Of a DNA stretch of 64,000 nt, positions 20,122-29,414 are shown piece after piece; position 1 is the stretch's first letter, and the number at the start of each line of letters is the position of its first letter. A program made the position numbers and the translations under genes. The notes beneath the pieces were generated by a model. That model was not told the DNA's origin. It saw only the letters and a program-made list of their open reading frames with translations, and made no database searches. Source of the DNA: Lacunisphaera sp. (GTDB lineage: Bacteria; Verrucomicrobiota; Verrucomicrobiia; Opitutales; Opitutaceae). Location of the stretch: assembly GCA_029945855.1 (NCBI GenBank), contig JAQSDJ010000324.1, positions 40,101-104,100 on the forward strand, given 5' to 3'.

Positions 20122-20665
20122 AGATGCAGGCGGTCGGCTGCCGGCCGCCCTTGCCGAGGCGCTTCACGCACGTCCAGTCGGGCGGAGCCAGTTCGATCTC
20201 GCCCGGCATCTCGAACACGACGAGCGGATCAACTCGTTCCTTGAGGAGCTCCGTGAGCCGCACAAAAAGCTTCGGCCCGACCTCACGGATGATCTCGTAG
20301 GGCGGATCGATAAATACGAGGTCCGGCACCGCGGTGAGCACCACACTCGTGGCGTCGGCCGTGACAATCTGCACGCCCCCGATGTCGCGCCCGAGGCTCT
20401 TGCAGACGGCCGCGAGATTCTGGCGGATGAATGCGGCGGTGCGGTCATCCCGCTCCACAAACACCCCGCCCGCGGCGCCGCGACTGAGCGCTTCAAGCCC
20501 GTAGGCGCCGCTGCCGGCGAAAAGATCCAGAAACTGCGTGCCGGGCACGCGCGCCGCCAGACTGGAGAAAACGGCCTGCCGCAGCGCGTCCGTCGCCGGT
20601 CGGACCGCATCGCCCTTGGGCAGCGCCAGCGGGATGCCGCGCGCCTGTCCGCCGGTTATACGCAT
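20096..20665 (-). CDS. rsmD: 16S rRNA m2G966 methyltransferase
   Basis: MRITGGQARG, VRPATDALRQAVFSSL, LDLFAGSGAYGLEALSRGA, FIDPPY. Confidence 0.93.
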   Translation of the reverse strand: MRITGGQARGIPLALPKGDAVRPATDALRQAVFSSLAARVPGTQFLDLFAGSGAYGLEALSRGAAGGVFVERDDRTAAFIRQNLAAVCKSLGRDIGGVQIVTADATSVVLTAVPDLVFIDPPYEIIREVGPKLFVRLTELLKERVDPLVVFEMPGEIELAPPDWTCVKRLGKGGRQPTACIFRSSRAAP

Positions 20666-20873
20666 GGCGACCTCCGGATGCAGACCGGCCATTGGCCCGG
20701 CCCGCCTGCAAACCCGGCATCTAATTTGGGAACACTTGGTGCTCTAAGCGGTTGTAACATAGCATTTGCACGGCGACCAGAGGCGGCTAATCTCCACCCC
20801 TGTCGTTGTGAGGCTGGCCACCTAACTGGCTTCCACCACGTGCGAAGGCAATGCCTTACCTAGTTCACCAAGC

Positions 20874-22334
20874 ATGTTTTCCCGACCCACAGTCTGGCTG
20901 ATTCTCGCTGCGCTCGTCGCAGCGACACCCCTGTGCGCGGAGGAGCAGAACGCCTGGCCGCTGTCCGTGCGCCAGACCCGGCCGGACGGCACGCTCGAGT
21001 CGGGCCAGTATGTCGGCCCCCTTTTCTTCACCAAGAACACCCCGACCGGAGCCCTGCAGGGTTTCCGGCCTTTTCTGCTCCAGGCCCGGGCGGAGGATAA
21101 GGAGAGCGACTATTTTCTCTATCCCCTCTTCACCTGGGAAAGGCAGCCCGGGTTCAGCTCCTTCAGTTTCTTTCAGCTGATCAACCGCCGCCGGACCGCG
21201 GAGACAGGCCAGCCGGAGGTGCGCGGCTTCGACGTCTGGCCGTTCTATTTTTCCAAGGAGACCGGCGACCCCGCATCGACCTATCACGCCCTCCTGCCGG
21301 TCGCCGGCACGATCAAGCAGCGTTTCGGCAAGGACCGCCTGACCTGGTATGCCTTCCCGCTGTATTTCAACACCGACAAGGCCGGCATGGAGATCACCTC
21401 CGCGCCGTGGCCGTTCCTGCGCTTCATCGACGGGGCGGGCCACCACGGCTTCGAGTTCTGGCCGCTCTTCGGGCACCGGGCCCGGGCCGATGACTACGAC
21501 AAGCGGTTCTGGCTCTGGCCGCTGTTCTACAAGCAGTCGACCCAACTCGGCGAACCGCAGCCCACGGTTCGGATTGGCGCCCTGCCCTTCTACACCCGCG
21601 ACACCGGCCCGGGCTTCGTCAGCGAAAACTACGTCTGGCCCTTCTTCGGCTACACGCACCGGACCGAGCCGGTCCGCTACGACGAGCAACGCTACCTCTG
21701 GCCCTTTCTCGTCCAAGGCCGCGGTGCGCAGCGCACCGTCAACCGCTGGGCGCCGTTCTACACGCACTCCACCTACAAGGGCTACGACAAGACCTGGATC
21801 GTCTGGCCCCTCTACCGCCACGGGGAGTGGCAGGACGCGGGCATTGCCCAGGAAAGGAGCCAACTGCTCTTCTTTCTCTACTGGTCGCAAACCCAGCGCA
21901 GCCTCACCAATCCCGCCGCGGCGCCGGCGCACAAGACCCATGTCTGGCCGCTGCTCAGCGTATGGAACAACGGTGCCGGCCGCCGGCAGGTGCAGTTCCT
22001 CAGTCCGCTCGAGGTCTTCTTCCCGACCAACGAGCCCATCCGCCAGCTCTACACCCCGTTCTTCGCGCTCTACCGCTATGACCGGCAGAGCGACACGGCC
22101 TCGCGCCACTCGCTGCTCTGGAACGCCATCACCTGGCGGCGCAGCGCCACCGACCGGGAATTCCACCTCGGCCCGCTGTTCAGCGTGAACTCCGGCGTGG
22201 AGGCCAAGCGCATCGCGCTCCTCCGCGGCGTGCTCGGTTGGCAACGCCGGCCCGGCGAGGCCCGCGGCCGGTTCTTCCTGTTCGATTTTGCCCGGAAACC
22301 AGCTACCAAGGCTACCGCCATCCCGTCGCCATGA
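20874..22334 (+). CDS. Exported protein with about 17 aromatic-Pro (WP-F/L) repeats, coupled to the MCE operon
   Basis: Signal peptide; repeats such as YPLF, WPFY, WPFL, WPLF, WPFF, WPLY; stop overlaps the next ATG (ATGA). Confidence 0.75.
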   Translation: MFSRPTVWLILAALVAATPLCAEEQNAWPLSVRQTRPDGTLESGQYVGPLFFTKNTPTGALQGFRPFLLQARAEDKESDYFLYPLFTWERQPGFSSFSFFQLINRRRTAETGQPEVRGFDVWPFYFSKETGDPASTYHALLPVAGTIKQRFGKDRLTWYAFPLYFNTDKAGMEITSAPWPFLRFIDGAGHHGFEFWPLFGHRARADDYDKRFWLWPLFYKQSTQLGEPQPTVRIGALPFYTRDTGPGFVSENYVWPFFGYTHRTEPVRYDEQRYLWPFLVQGRGAQRTVNRWAPFYTHSTYKGYDKTWIVWPLYRHGEWQDAGIAQERSQLLFFLYWSQTQRSLTNPAAAPAHKTHVWPLLSVWNNGAGRRQVQFLSPLEVFFPTNEPIRQLYTPFFALYRYDRQSDTASRHSLLWNAITWRRSATDREFHLGPLFSVNSGVEAKRIALLRGVLGWQRRPGEARGRFFLFDFARKPATKATAIPSP

Positions 22335-23089
22335 ACCACCTGACCGCCATTTTCGGCCACATCGGGGGCACCCTGCTCCTGCTCGTGAGCTCCGTGAAAT
22401 TCATCGGGACGCTGCCGCGCCAGCGGGCGCGCTTCATCGAGCAGTGCTACCTCATCGGCTACACCTCCCTGCCCATCGTCACCATCCTGAGCTTCTTCAT
22501 CGGCAGCGTGCTCGCGCTGCAGAGCGGCTACAGCATGGAGAACTTCGGCGCCAAGCAGTTCATCGGCACCCTCGTCGGCCTCACCATGGCCCGCGAGCTC
22601 GGCCCGGTCATGGTGGCCATCCTCATCGCCGGCCGCGTCGGTTCGGCCGTCACCGCCGAGCTGGCCTCGATGAAGGTCTACCAGGAGATCGACGCCCTCA
22701 CGACCATGAACATCCCGCCCGAGCGGATGCTCGTGCTGCCGCGCCTGGCCGCGATTCTGGTCATGATGCCCGTGCTCGCGATCATCGCCAACCTCTGCGG
22801 CTGGTATGGCGGCGCCCTCGTCTGCCAATACACCCATTCCATCTCCGTCGATTCCGAATCCTACTTCATCGCCCTGAAAACCTACATGAAGCCGAAGGAC
22901 ATCATCGACGGCCTGGTCAAGGCCGAGGTCTTCGGTTTCGTGATCATCCTTGTCTGCTGCTACATCGGGCTCAACACCCGCGGCGGCCCGCGCGAGATCG
23001 GCGCCTCCGTAACCAAGGCCGTCGTCGCCTCGCTCATCCTCATCCTGGTGCTCGACTACTTCGTCACCAAAGCCCTCCTCTTCGCATGA
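22331..23089 (+). CDS. mlaE: MlaE-family ABC permease
   Basis: RELGPVMVAILIAGRVGSAVTAELASMKVYQEIDAL, RGGPREIGASVTKAVV. Confidence 0.9.
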   Translation: MNHLTAIFGHIGGTLLLLVSSVKFIGTLPRQRARFIEQCYLIGYTSLPIVTILSFFIGSVLALQSGYSMENFGAKQFIGTLVGLTMARELGPVMVAILIAGRVGSAVTAELASMKVYQEIDALTTMNIPPERMLVLPRLAAILVMMPVLAIIANLCGWYGGALVCQYTHSISVDSESYFIALKTYMKPKDIIDGLVKAEVFGFVIILVCCYIGLNTRGGPREIGASVTKAVVASLILILVLDYFVTKALLFA

Positions 23090-23889
23090 CCGCCCCCGCC
23101 GCTTCCTCTTATACCGCCTCCCCCTTCGTCGGCCGGACGTTTGGCGTCACCGTGGCCGGGCTGAACAAGAACTTCGGCCGGACCGCGGTGTTGAAGGACA
23201 TCAACCTCGAGGTGAAGCCCGGGGAGATCTTCTGCATCATGGGCCCCAGCGGCTCCGGCAAGACCGTCCTGCTCAAGCATATCGCCGGGCTCGAGCACGC
23301 CACCAGCGGCGAGGTCCGGATCGGCGAGTTCGACGCGGCCGACCCCGAGACTCGCAACAAGGTCCACCTCGCCCTCGTCTTCCAGGCCGGCGCGCTCTTC
23401 AACTCGCTTTCCGTCTACGACAACCTCGCGCTCTATCCCCGCGAACACCGCCAGTGCAACGAGGCCGGCATCCGCGAGCGCGTGCTGCACGCCCTTTCGA
23501 TCCTTTCGCTGGAAAAAGCCGCCAACAAGTTCCCCTCCGACCTCTCCGGCGGCATGAAGAAGCGCGTCGCCATCGCCCGCGCCCTCGTGATGGAGCCCCA
23601 GCTGCTCCTCTACGACGAGCCCACCTCCGAGCTGGACCCGGTGATGTCGGCCACCCTCACCGAGATCATCGCCACGCTCCGCGAGCAGACCGCCGTCACC
23701 AGCATCGTGGTGACCCACGACCGCGACCTCGCCTTCAATATCGCGGACCGTGTCGCCTTCATGATGGACGGACGCATCCAGGGTGTCGGCCCGCGCGCTG
23801 ACTTCAAGACGCCCGCCGACCCCGTCATCGCCAACTTTCTCAACCCGGTCATCGACCTCAAGAATCCTCGCTTCAAACAACTGGAGTAA
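23086..23889 (+). CDS. mlaF: MlaF-family ABC ATPase
   Basis: GPSGSGKT Walker A, LSGGMKKRVAIARAL, LLYDEPTSELDP; ATGA coupling. Confidence 0.9.
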   Translation: MTAPAASSYTASPFVGRTFGVTVAGLNKNFGRTAVLKDINLEVKPGEIFCIMGPSGSGKTVLLKHIAGLEHATSGEVRIGEFDAADPETRNKVHLALVFQAGALFNSLSVYDNLALYPREHRQCNEAGIRERVLHALSILSLEKAANKFPSDLSGGMKKRVAIARALVMEPQLLLYDEPTSELDPVMSATLTEIIATLREQTAVTSIVVTHDRDLAFNIADRVAFMMDGRIQGVGPRADFKTPADPVIANFLNPVIDLKNPRFKQLE

Positions 23890-23894
23890 CCGCC

Positions 23895-24887
23895 ATGAAC
23901 AACACATCACAAACCATCCGCGTGGGCCTCTTTTTCCTGCTCGGCCTCGCGCTTGCCTGGATCACGTTCGAGTCGCTCAACGGCGGCCACCTCTTCAAGC
24001 CGCGGGGCTACACCCTCGTGGCCGGCTTCGCCAACCTGAAGGGCCTCAAGACCGGTGACGAGGTGCGCATGGCCGGCGTCAAGGTCGGCGCGGTCCAGCT
24101 CACCCGCCTCGCGCCCAACCGGGTCGAGGCCCTCCTCACCATCGAGCCCGGCGTGCAGATCCCGGCCGACGCGGTCGCCAGCGTCGAGCAGTCCAGCCTG
24201 CTCGGCAGCAATTACCTCGGGGTGACCTTCGGCACCCCCGGCGGGCCGCTCCTCAAGGACGGCGAGGAGATCAAGACCAAGCCGACCGTCGACATGAGTG
24301 AGGTCATCAGCCAGCTCGGCACGCTCGGCTCCAAGCTCGAGCAGGTCATCGGCGAGATCGGCAAGTCCATGGGCACCGGCGGCGAAGGCGGCGGCATCTT
24401 CTCGCGCATCGACAAGCTCGTCACCGACAACGGCCCCAAGCTCACCGAGAGCATCAGCAACCTGCAGGACATCACGGCCAAGATCAAAAACGGCGAGGGC
24501 TCGATGGGCAAACTCATCAACGACCCGAAGCTGCACGACGAGCTGCTCGCCGGCGTGAGCGAGATCAAGCTCGCCGCGGCCGACGCCCGCAGCTTCATGA
24601 GCGACACCAAGGGCATCGTGGCCGACGTCAAGAGCGGCAAGGGCACGCTCGGCGTGCTGCTCTACGACGACGCCACCGCCACCAGCATCAAGGTCAAGGC
24701 CAAGAACCTCCGCGAGCTGTCCGACAAGATCAACGGCGGCCAGGGCACGCTGGGCAAACTGCTCGCCGACGACACCATGTATCGCGACCTGCAGGGCGTG
24801 ATGAAGAAGGCCGACCGCGCCCTCGACGGCATGGGCGATTCCGGCCCGATCACCGCGGTCGGCGTCGTGGCCGGCGCGTTGTTCTGA
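23895..24887 (+). CDS. MCE/MlaD-family protein with long helical extension
   Basis: TM helix, GLKTGDEVRMAGVKVG, SSLLGSNYL, three GxGT/SLGxL helical repeats. Confidence 0.9.
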   Translation: MNNTSQTIRVGLFFLLGLALAWITFESLNGGHLFKPRGYTLVAGFANLKGLKTGDEVRMAGVKVGAVQLTRLAPNRVEALLTIEPGVQIPADAVASVEQSSLLGSNYLGVTFGTPGGPLLKDGEEIKTKPTVDMSEVISQLGTLGSKLEQVIGEIGKSMGTGGEGGGIFSRIDKLVTDNGPKLTESISNLQDITAKIKNGEGSMGKLINDPKLHDELLAGVSEIKLAAADARSFMSDTKGIVADVKSGKGTLGVLLYDDATATSIKVKAKNLRELSDKINGGQGTLGKLLADDTMYRDLQGVMKKADRALDGMGDSGPITAVGVVAGALF

Positions 24888-24902
24888 TGATGGTTTCTGT
24901 CC

Positions 24903-24963
24903 GGTAGGGCGAATCGTCCCGATGAGCCGTCGACTCCGGCTCGTCCGGAAGACTCGCCCTACC
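24903..24963. repeat. REP-like doublet, GTAGGGCGA family (copy 1)
   Basis: GGTAGGGCGAATCGTCCCGATGAGCCG...CGGCTCGTCCGGAAGACTCGCCCTACC; related copies at 50114 and 51514. Confidence 0.85.
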
Positions 24964-24970
24964 CTCCCCA

Positions 24971-25354
24971 ATGACACTTGTTCTCCAGCTCCTTCCGGGC
25001 GAATTCGCCGTCTGCCGGCTGGCGCCCGCCGCGCCGGTCCCGGCCTGGGCCGGCTCCCCGGTCTTCAGCTCCGTCACCCGCACAGGCGACGAGCTTTCGA
25101 TCGTTTGCCCCGCCGCCCAAGTGCCGGTGGACGTGAAGCACGAGGCCGGCTGGCGGGTGCTGAAAATCCAAGGCCCCTTCGCCTTCACGGAGACCGGCAT
25201 CCTCGCATCCGTGCTGGCGCCGCTGGCCGCCGCGAAAATCGGCATCCTCGCCACGGCGACTTTCGATACCGACTACGTGATGGTGAAGGCGGAGCGGCTT
25301 GAAGACGCCCTGCACACCCTCGCGGCCGCCGGCCACATGGTGCGCCGCGGCTAG
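24971..25354 (+). CDS. ACT-domain protein (ACT_7/DUF2241-like)
   Basis: SVTRTGDELSIVC, GPFAFTETGILASVLAPLAAAKIGILATATFDTDYVMV. Confidence 0.85.
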   Translation: MTLVLQLLPGEFAVCRLAPAAPVPAWAGSPVFSSVTRTGDELSIVCPAAQVPVDVKHEAGWRVLKIQGPFAFTETGILASVLAPLAAAKIGILATATFDTDYVMVKAERLEDALHTLAAAGHMVRRG

Positions 25355-25368
25355 GCCGAATATTTCAT

Positions 25369-25428
25369 GGAGCCACGGCGACCTCGCCGTCGTTCGCGCG
25401 CCAACCGCAGCGGGGTCGCTGCGGCTCC
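25369..25428. repeat. REP-like doublet, GGAGCCRCRGCGACC family
   Basis: Inverted units GGAGCCACGGCGACCTCGCCGTCG and (revcomp) GGAGCCGCAGCGACCCCGCTGCGG between convergent genes. Confidence 0.7.
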
Positions 25429-25483
25429 AGTAAGCAGAGTGCCGCCAGTTTTCATTCTGCGTGTGAATTAAGCGGGCTAAGCC

Positions 25484-25990
25484 TCAGGGTTGGGGCTTGC
25501 GGCGGTAAAGCCCGTCGAAGGCGGTGGTCCAGGTCTTGCCGTCATCCTTGGACTGCTCCCAGTGCTGGCGCACGGTGCCGTCGGCGTTGGGCGTCCAGGT
25601 GATCTTTTCCTGGAGATGACGTCCGCGCACGTCATGCGCGCCGGTGAGCACCATGCCACCGTCCACGAGGCCGCCGCTGAGCTCGAGCACGCCGCCGTCA
25701 CTGCCCACCCAGAATTGCTGCCACTGCTTCCGCGCGGGATTGGAGGCATTCAGGCTCTGTCCGGAGAAACCCTTCGCGCCGGTCCAGTTTTCGAGCAGGC
25801 CGGCGTGGCCGGCAATGGGCTCGATCCGGTTGGCGCCCGCCGGCTGTCCGTCCGGCGTGGTCACATTCCATTCACCGATCCAGAAATCAAACTGGCAGGA
25901 CTCGGGGGGCAAGGGCGGGGGCATGGCCGGTTGCGCGGCGGCGGAGGTTAAGAGAAGAGCAAGGCAGACCAAGGTGCGGCCGTATTTCAT
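25484..25990 (-). CDS. Secreted beta-rich hypothetical protein (DUF1579-like)
   Basis: Signal peptide; QFDFWIGEWNV ... ITWT ... VRQHWEQSKDDGKTW..FDGLY pattern. Confidence 0.7.
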   Translation of the reverse strand: MKYGRTLVCLALLLTSAAAQPAMPPPLPPESCQFDFWIGEWNVTTPDGQPAGANRIEPIAGHAGLLENWTGAKGFSGQSLNASNPARKQWQQFWVGSDGGVLELSGGLVDGGMVLTGAHDVRGRHLQEKITWTPNADGTVRQHWEQSKDDGKTWTTAFDGLYRRKPQP

Positions 25991-26082
25991 GGATCATGTC
26001 TGGCCGCCAACTCCCGGGCCTCAATCCCACTGTGATGGGGGGACAATTTTCCCGGCCCAAGCGGTCCGGGGTTGCGGTCAGG

Positions 26083-26119
26083 AAACAAAAAGCCCCGGTG
26101 GCTTGCGGCCAACCGGGGC
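26083..26119 (-). terminator. Intrinsic terminator after TBDR 1
   Basis: GCCCCGGT...ACCGGGGC stem with a T-tract on the minus strand. Confidence 0.7.
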
Positions 26120-26144
26120 GGAAGCTTTTCATTCCGTCGTTCGC

Positions 26145-29111
26145 TTAGAATTTGTATTCGGCGGAGATGAGGAACGTGCGGCCGACCGGGTCGTAGGCGC
26201 CCGTGTCCACCGAATCGTTCGGGAACGTGTCCGGGAGCTGCGGCGGCATCTCGTTGCCCAGGTTCTTGACGACGAGCGACACGTGCAGGCCGTTCAGGAT
26301 CTTCAGGCGGGAATGCTCGAAGCGGTAGCCCACGCCGAGGTCGAAGGTGGCATACTGTTCAGCCGCCGTCTTGCCGGATTGCTCGTCCGGGGCCTTGACC
26401 TTCGGGATGTAGCGGGCGCTGGTGAAAACGTCCCAGTTGCCGCGTTTCCAGGCTCCCTGGACATAAGCGGTGTAACGCGGGATCGTGCCTCCGGTGACCG
26501 TCGCACGGCCGCCCAGTTCCTCGCCGCTGAACTCATAGCCGAGCCAGTAGGCGACGTTGGCCGACACGTCGATCAGCCCGAGGGAACCGACCTCCCACTT
26601 GTAACGGGTGGTGAAGTCGATGCCCGAGGCGCTCTGGGAGGCGATGTTCACGAGCGGACGCTCCAGATAGATGGCGTCGATGTTGCCGGCCACCTGGCCG
26701 GCCGCGGTGATGGGCGCACCGTCCGCCCGGAAGCCGTCGATGCGGGCATCATAGACGGATTTGCCGTTGAGCGGATTGATGAAGTTGCCGACGGTATTGT
26801 TCGGGCCGGCGTTTTGCGCCAGATAAGGCGAGGCCGCCCCGTTGTCCTCGAGGTCCTGCAGGATATCCTGCGAGGCGATGACGCCGACGATATCCTTCTC
26901 CTTGATGTCCCAATAGGTGAGTTCCGCCGAAAACCCCTTGAGGGCCTTCGGGGACCAGACCACGCCGAAGGTCAGGGCCTTCGAGTGGGCGGGCTTCAAA
27001 GAGGGATTGTTGCCCCCGCGGATCTGCGCTTGCCCGATCACGTAGTTGCCGGGTGCATCGGTCGCCCCATGCGGCAGCAGGTTGACCTCGGGCGTAAAGC
27101 CGACGTCGCTGGGCCCGACAAGCTGGTAGAGCGTGGGGGCGTTGAAGGATTTGCCCCAGGTGCCGCGGATGGCGAACTCGTCGTTGAACGGCAGCCAGCG
27201 GAACGTGATCTTCGGCACGAGCGGATCGTCGGTGTCGCTGTATTTCTCGTAGCGGGCCGCGACGTCCAGGTCGAACGTGTGCGCCCAGCCCAGATTCTGC
27301 TTGGGGGCAGCGAGCGGAATAAGGGCCTCGATGAAGCCGGCCTGCACGTCGCGGGTGGCCTTGAACGGATTGACCGAGGTCGCCCCGGTCCAACCGATGT
27401 TGCCGTATTCATCCGGCACGGAGTTCAGGTCGGCCGTGCCCTCGAGCGTGTCGCGCCGGACCTCGGAGCCGAGCACGACGGTCACGTCGCCGCTGTCGAG
27501 CGCGAAGGCCTTGTAGACCAGGCGGCCGTCCCAGCTGCGCAGGCCGCTGGTGAAATTGTTATAGCCCGTGCCCACGAAATTGGCCGCGGCGACGGCGGCC
27601 GGGGGGATGCTGGCCTGGAAGATGTTGATCGCCCCGTCGCCGAGGGGGGAGATGCCGGCGGCGGCCAGGAGCTTGGCGGAGTCGATGACGCCGGGATTGC
27701 GGTAGGCCAGGTCCGAGGTGTTCAGGTTGACGGCCGTCTCAAAGGTGAGGCGGTCGTTGATCTTGCCGCGGAAACCGGCGACCAGGCGCATGAACATGGT
27801 GTCATACTCGTAGACGCGCGGGTTGTTCACGAAGCGGTTGCGCACGCGCAGGGTGTTGGCGAACGGGTTGTCCGGCAGCGTGCCGTTGACGTTGAACGTG
27901 GAGACCGCCCCGATCGGCTGCGCGTTGATCTGCGACTTTGTCTTGATCTGGGAGGCCAGCAGGTCGCCGAAGAACTCCACCTGGTCGGAGATTTTATGGT
28001 CGAAGGTCACCATCGCGCCCATCGAGTCGCGCTCCTGGAGGATGGTCACATAGTTGGCCAAATTGAAGGCGACTTGCGCCGCCTCCGCCGAGGTGCCACT
28101 GCCCAATTCACCGGAACCGAAGCCGATGACGCCGGCGCCGGCCGTGGTGGCCTTGCCCCAGTAGACCGCCGTGCTCCCGACCGGCCCGAAGTAGGCCTTG
28201 CCGTCGGGTGCGGTCGGGATCGCCGCGAGGGCGGAGGTCGCCGTGGTGGGGCTGACGAAGGTGATCGTGGGCTTGACCGCGCCGACCGGCGGGGCCGGGT
28301 AGGCGGGATTCAGCACGAAATAATTGGCGCCGAAGTTGATGACGCCGCCATAGCTGGCGGTGCCATACTGGGGGTTCGAATACCCGCGTTCGAACTGATA
28401 CATGGGATCCTCGTGGGCCCAGCCGCCGGCGATGGTGATGTTCGTCTTGCCGCTGCTGGCGCCGGTGACGAAGTTGCCGCCGAACCTCGCCGTCTTGCCC
28501 GGCTGGTCGGAGAACTCATAATGTCCGCCCACGGCCGAGCCGCTGTAGTCGCTCTTGGACTTGATGTTGATCACGCCCGAGGTCGCGTCGGAACCGTAGG
28601 TCGCCGAGGCGCCGTCGAGCAACACCTCGATCGAGTCGATGGCGGCGAGGGGAATGATGTTGAGGTCCACGAACTGGTTGCCGCCCGTGCCGGTGATCGG
28701 GGAGGCCGCGGCACGGCGACCGTTGATCAGCGACAGGGTGGTCAGGTTGCGGAGCGACGCCTGGGAACCGCCGCCGGTGGAGCCGGAGCCGGTGTTGGCG
28801 TTGTTGGAGCCGATGTTCGTGTTGCCCTGGAACTGCGGGATGGCCTTTTTCAGGACTTCCAGCGCGTTGGTGGTGATGCCGGTCCGCACGATGTCGTCGT
28901 TGGTGACGACCGACACGGGCTGGGCGATGGCATCCGCCGCCATGGGAATATAGGAACCGGTGACGACGAACTTCTCGAGTTTCATGGCTTCGTCATTCTG
29001 GCCGGCCGGTAGGGAGGTCTGGGCAAACGCGGCGGTGGCCGCGGATACAGTCAGGGAGAGCGCGAGCAGTCGCGTCAGCCCCCGGTTGCGGGGAGTGCGT
29101 GTTGAGTTCAT
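26145..29111 (-). CDS. TonB-dependent receptor (type A)
   Basis: Signal peptide, KLEKFVVTGS TonB box, plug LINGRR..DGASATYGSDA, C-terminal EYKF. Confidence 0.95.
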   Translation of the reverse strand: MNSTRTPRNRGLTRLLALSLTVSAATAAFAQTSLPAGQNDEAMKLEKFVVTGSYIPMAADAIAQPVSVVTNDDIVRTGITTNALEVLKKAIPQFQGNTNIGSNNANTGSGSTGGGSQASLRNLTTLSLINGRRAAASPITGTGGNQFVDLNIIPLAAIDSIEVLLDGASATYGSDATSGVINIKSKSDYSGSAVGGHYEFSDQPGKTARFGGNFVTGASSGKTNITIAGGWAHEDPMYQFERGYSNPQYGTASYGGVINFGANYFVLNPAYPAPPVGAVKPTITFVSPTTATSALAAIPTAPDGKAYFGPVGSTAVYWGKATTAGAGVIGFGSGELGSGTSAEAAQVAFNLANYVTILQERDSMGAMVTFDHKISDQVEFFGDLLASQIKTKSQINAQPIGAVSTFNVNGTLPDNPFANTLRVRNRFVNNPRVYEYDTMFMRLVAGFRGKINDRLTFETAVNLNTSDLAYRNPGVIDSAKLLAAAGISPLGDGAINIFQASIPPAAVAAANFVGTGYNNFTSGLRSWDGRLVYKAFALDSGDVTVVLGSEVRRDTLEGTADLNSVPDEYGNIGWTGATSVNPFKATRDVQAGFIEALIPLAAPKQNLGWAHTFDLDVAARYEKYSDTDDPLVPKITFRWLPFNDEFAIRGTWGKSFNAPTLYQLVGPSDVGFTPEVNLLPHGATDAPGNYVIGQAQIRGGNNPSLKPAHSKALTFGVVWSPKALKGFSAELTYWDIKEKDIVGVIASQDILQDLEDNGAASPYLAQNAGPNNTVGNFINPLNGKSVYDARIDGFRADGAPITAAGQVAGNIDAIYLERPLVNIASQSASGIDFTTRYKWEVGSLGLIDVSANVAYWLGYEFSGEELGGRATVTGGTIPRYTAYVQGAWKRGNWDVFTSARYIPKVKAPDEQSGKTAAEQYATFDLGVGYRFEHSRLKILNGLHVSLVVKNLGNEMPPQLPDTFPNDSVDTGAYDPVGRTFLISAEYKF

Positions 29112-29191
29112 TCGTTTGCTTGTGTGTGTTGGAAGCCGGGGCAGTGACCCTGCCCCGCTTATGACACCGATTAGTCGCGCTATTGCGCACC

Positions 29192-29278
29192 GGCTCAATG
29201 GCCGTGCGACCAGCCTGCAAGCGGGCGATTCCAGCCGCAGTCCCCGTGGGCCAAGTCACCATCCGGCCGCCCTGAAGC
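29192..29278 (-). promoter_or_regulatory. 87-bp regulatory module upstream of TBDR 1 (duplicated at 32156-32242)
   Basis: Blocks GGCTCAATGGCCGTGCGACCA, GCGATTYCAGCCGCA, CCATCCGGCCGC, TGAAGC with identical spacers 12/19/2 in both copies. Confidence 0.75.
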
Positions 29279-29365
29279 ATGGACTGTCCCGGCCGGCGAC
29301 CGGTGCTGATTCCGGTCGCGATCTGGTCGCATCGCACCGGACAGGCCGGGGGACAGGCGGGCATG

Positions 29366-29394
29366 AAAAAGGCGCGCCCCGTCGGGCGCGCCTT
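29366..29394 (-). terminator. Intrinsic terminator after TBDR 2
   Basis: GGCGCGCCC-CGTC-GGGCGCGCC stem with TTTTT on the minus strand. Confidence 0.8.
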
Positions 29395-29414
29395 GGCGAG
29401 AGCATTTTCAGCGG

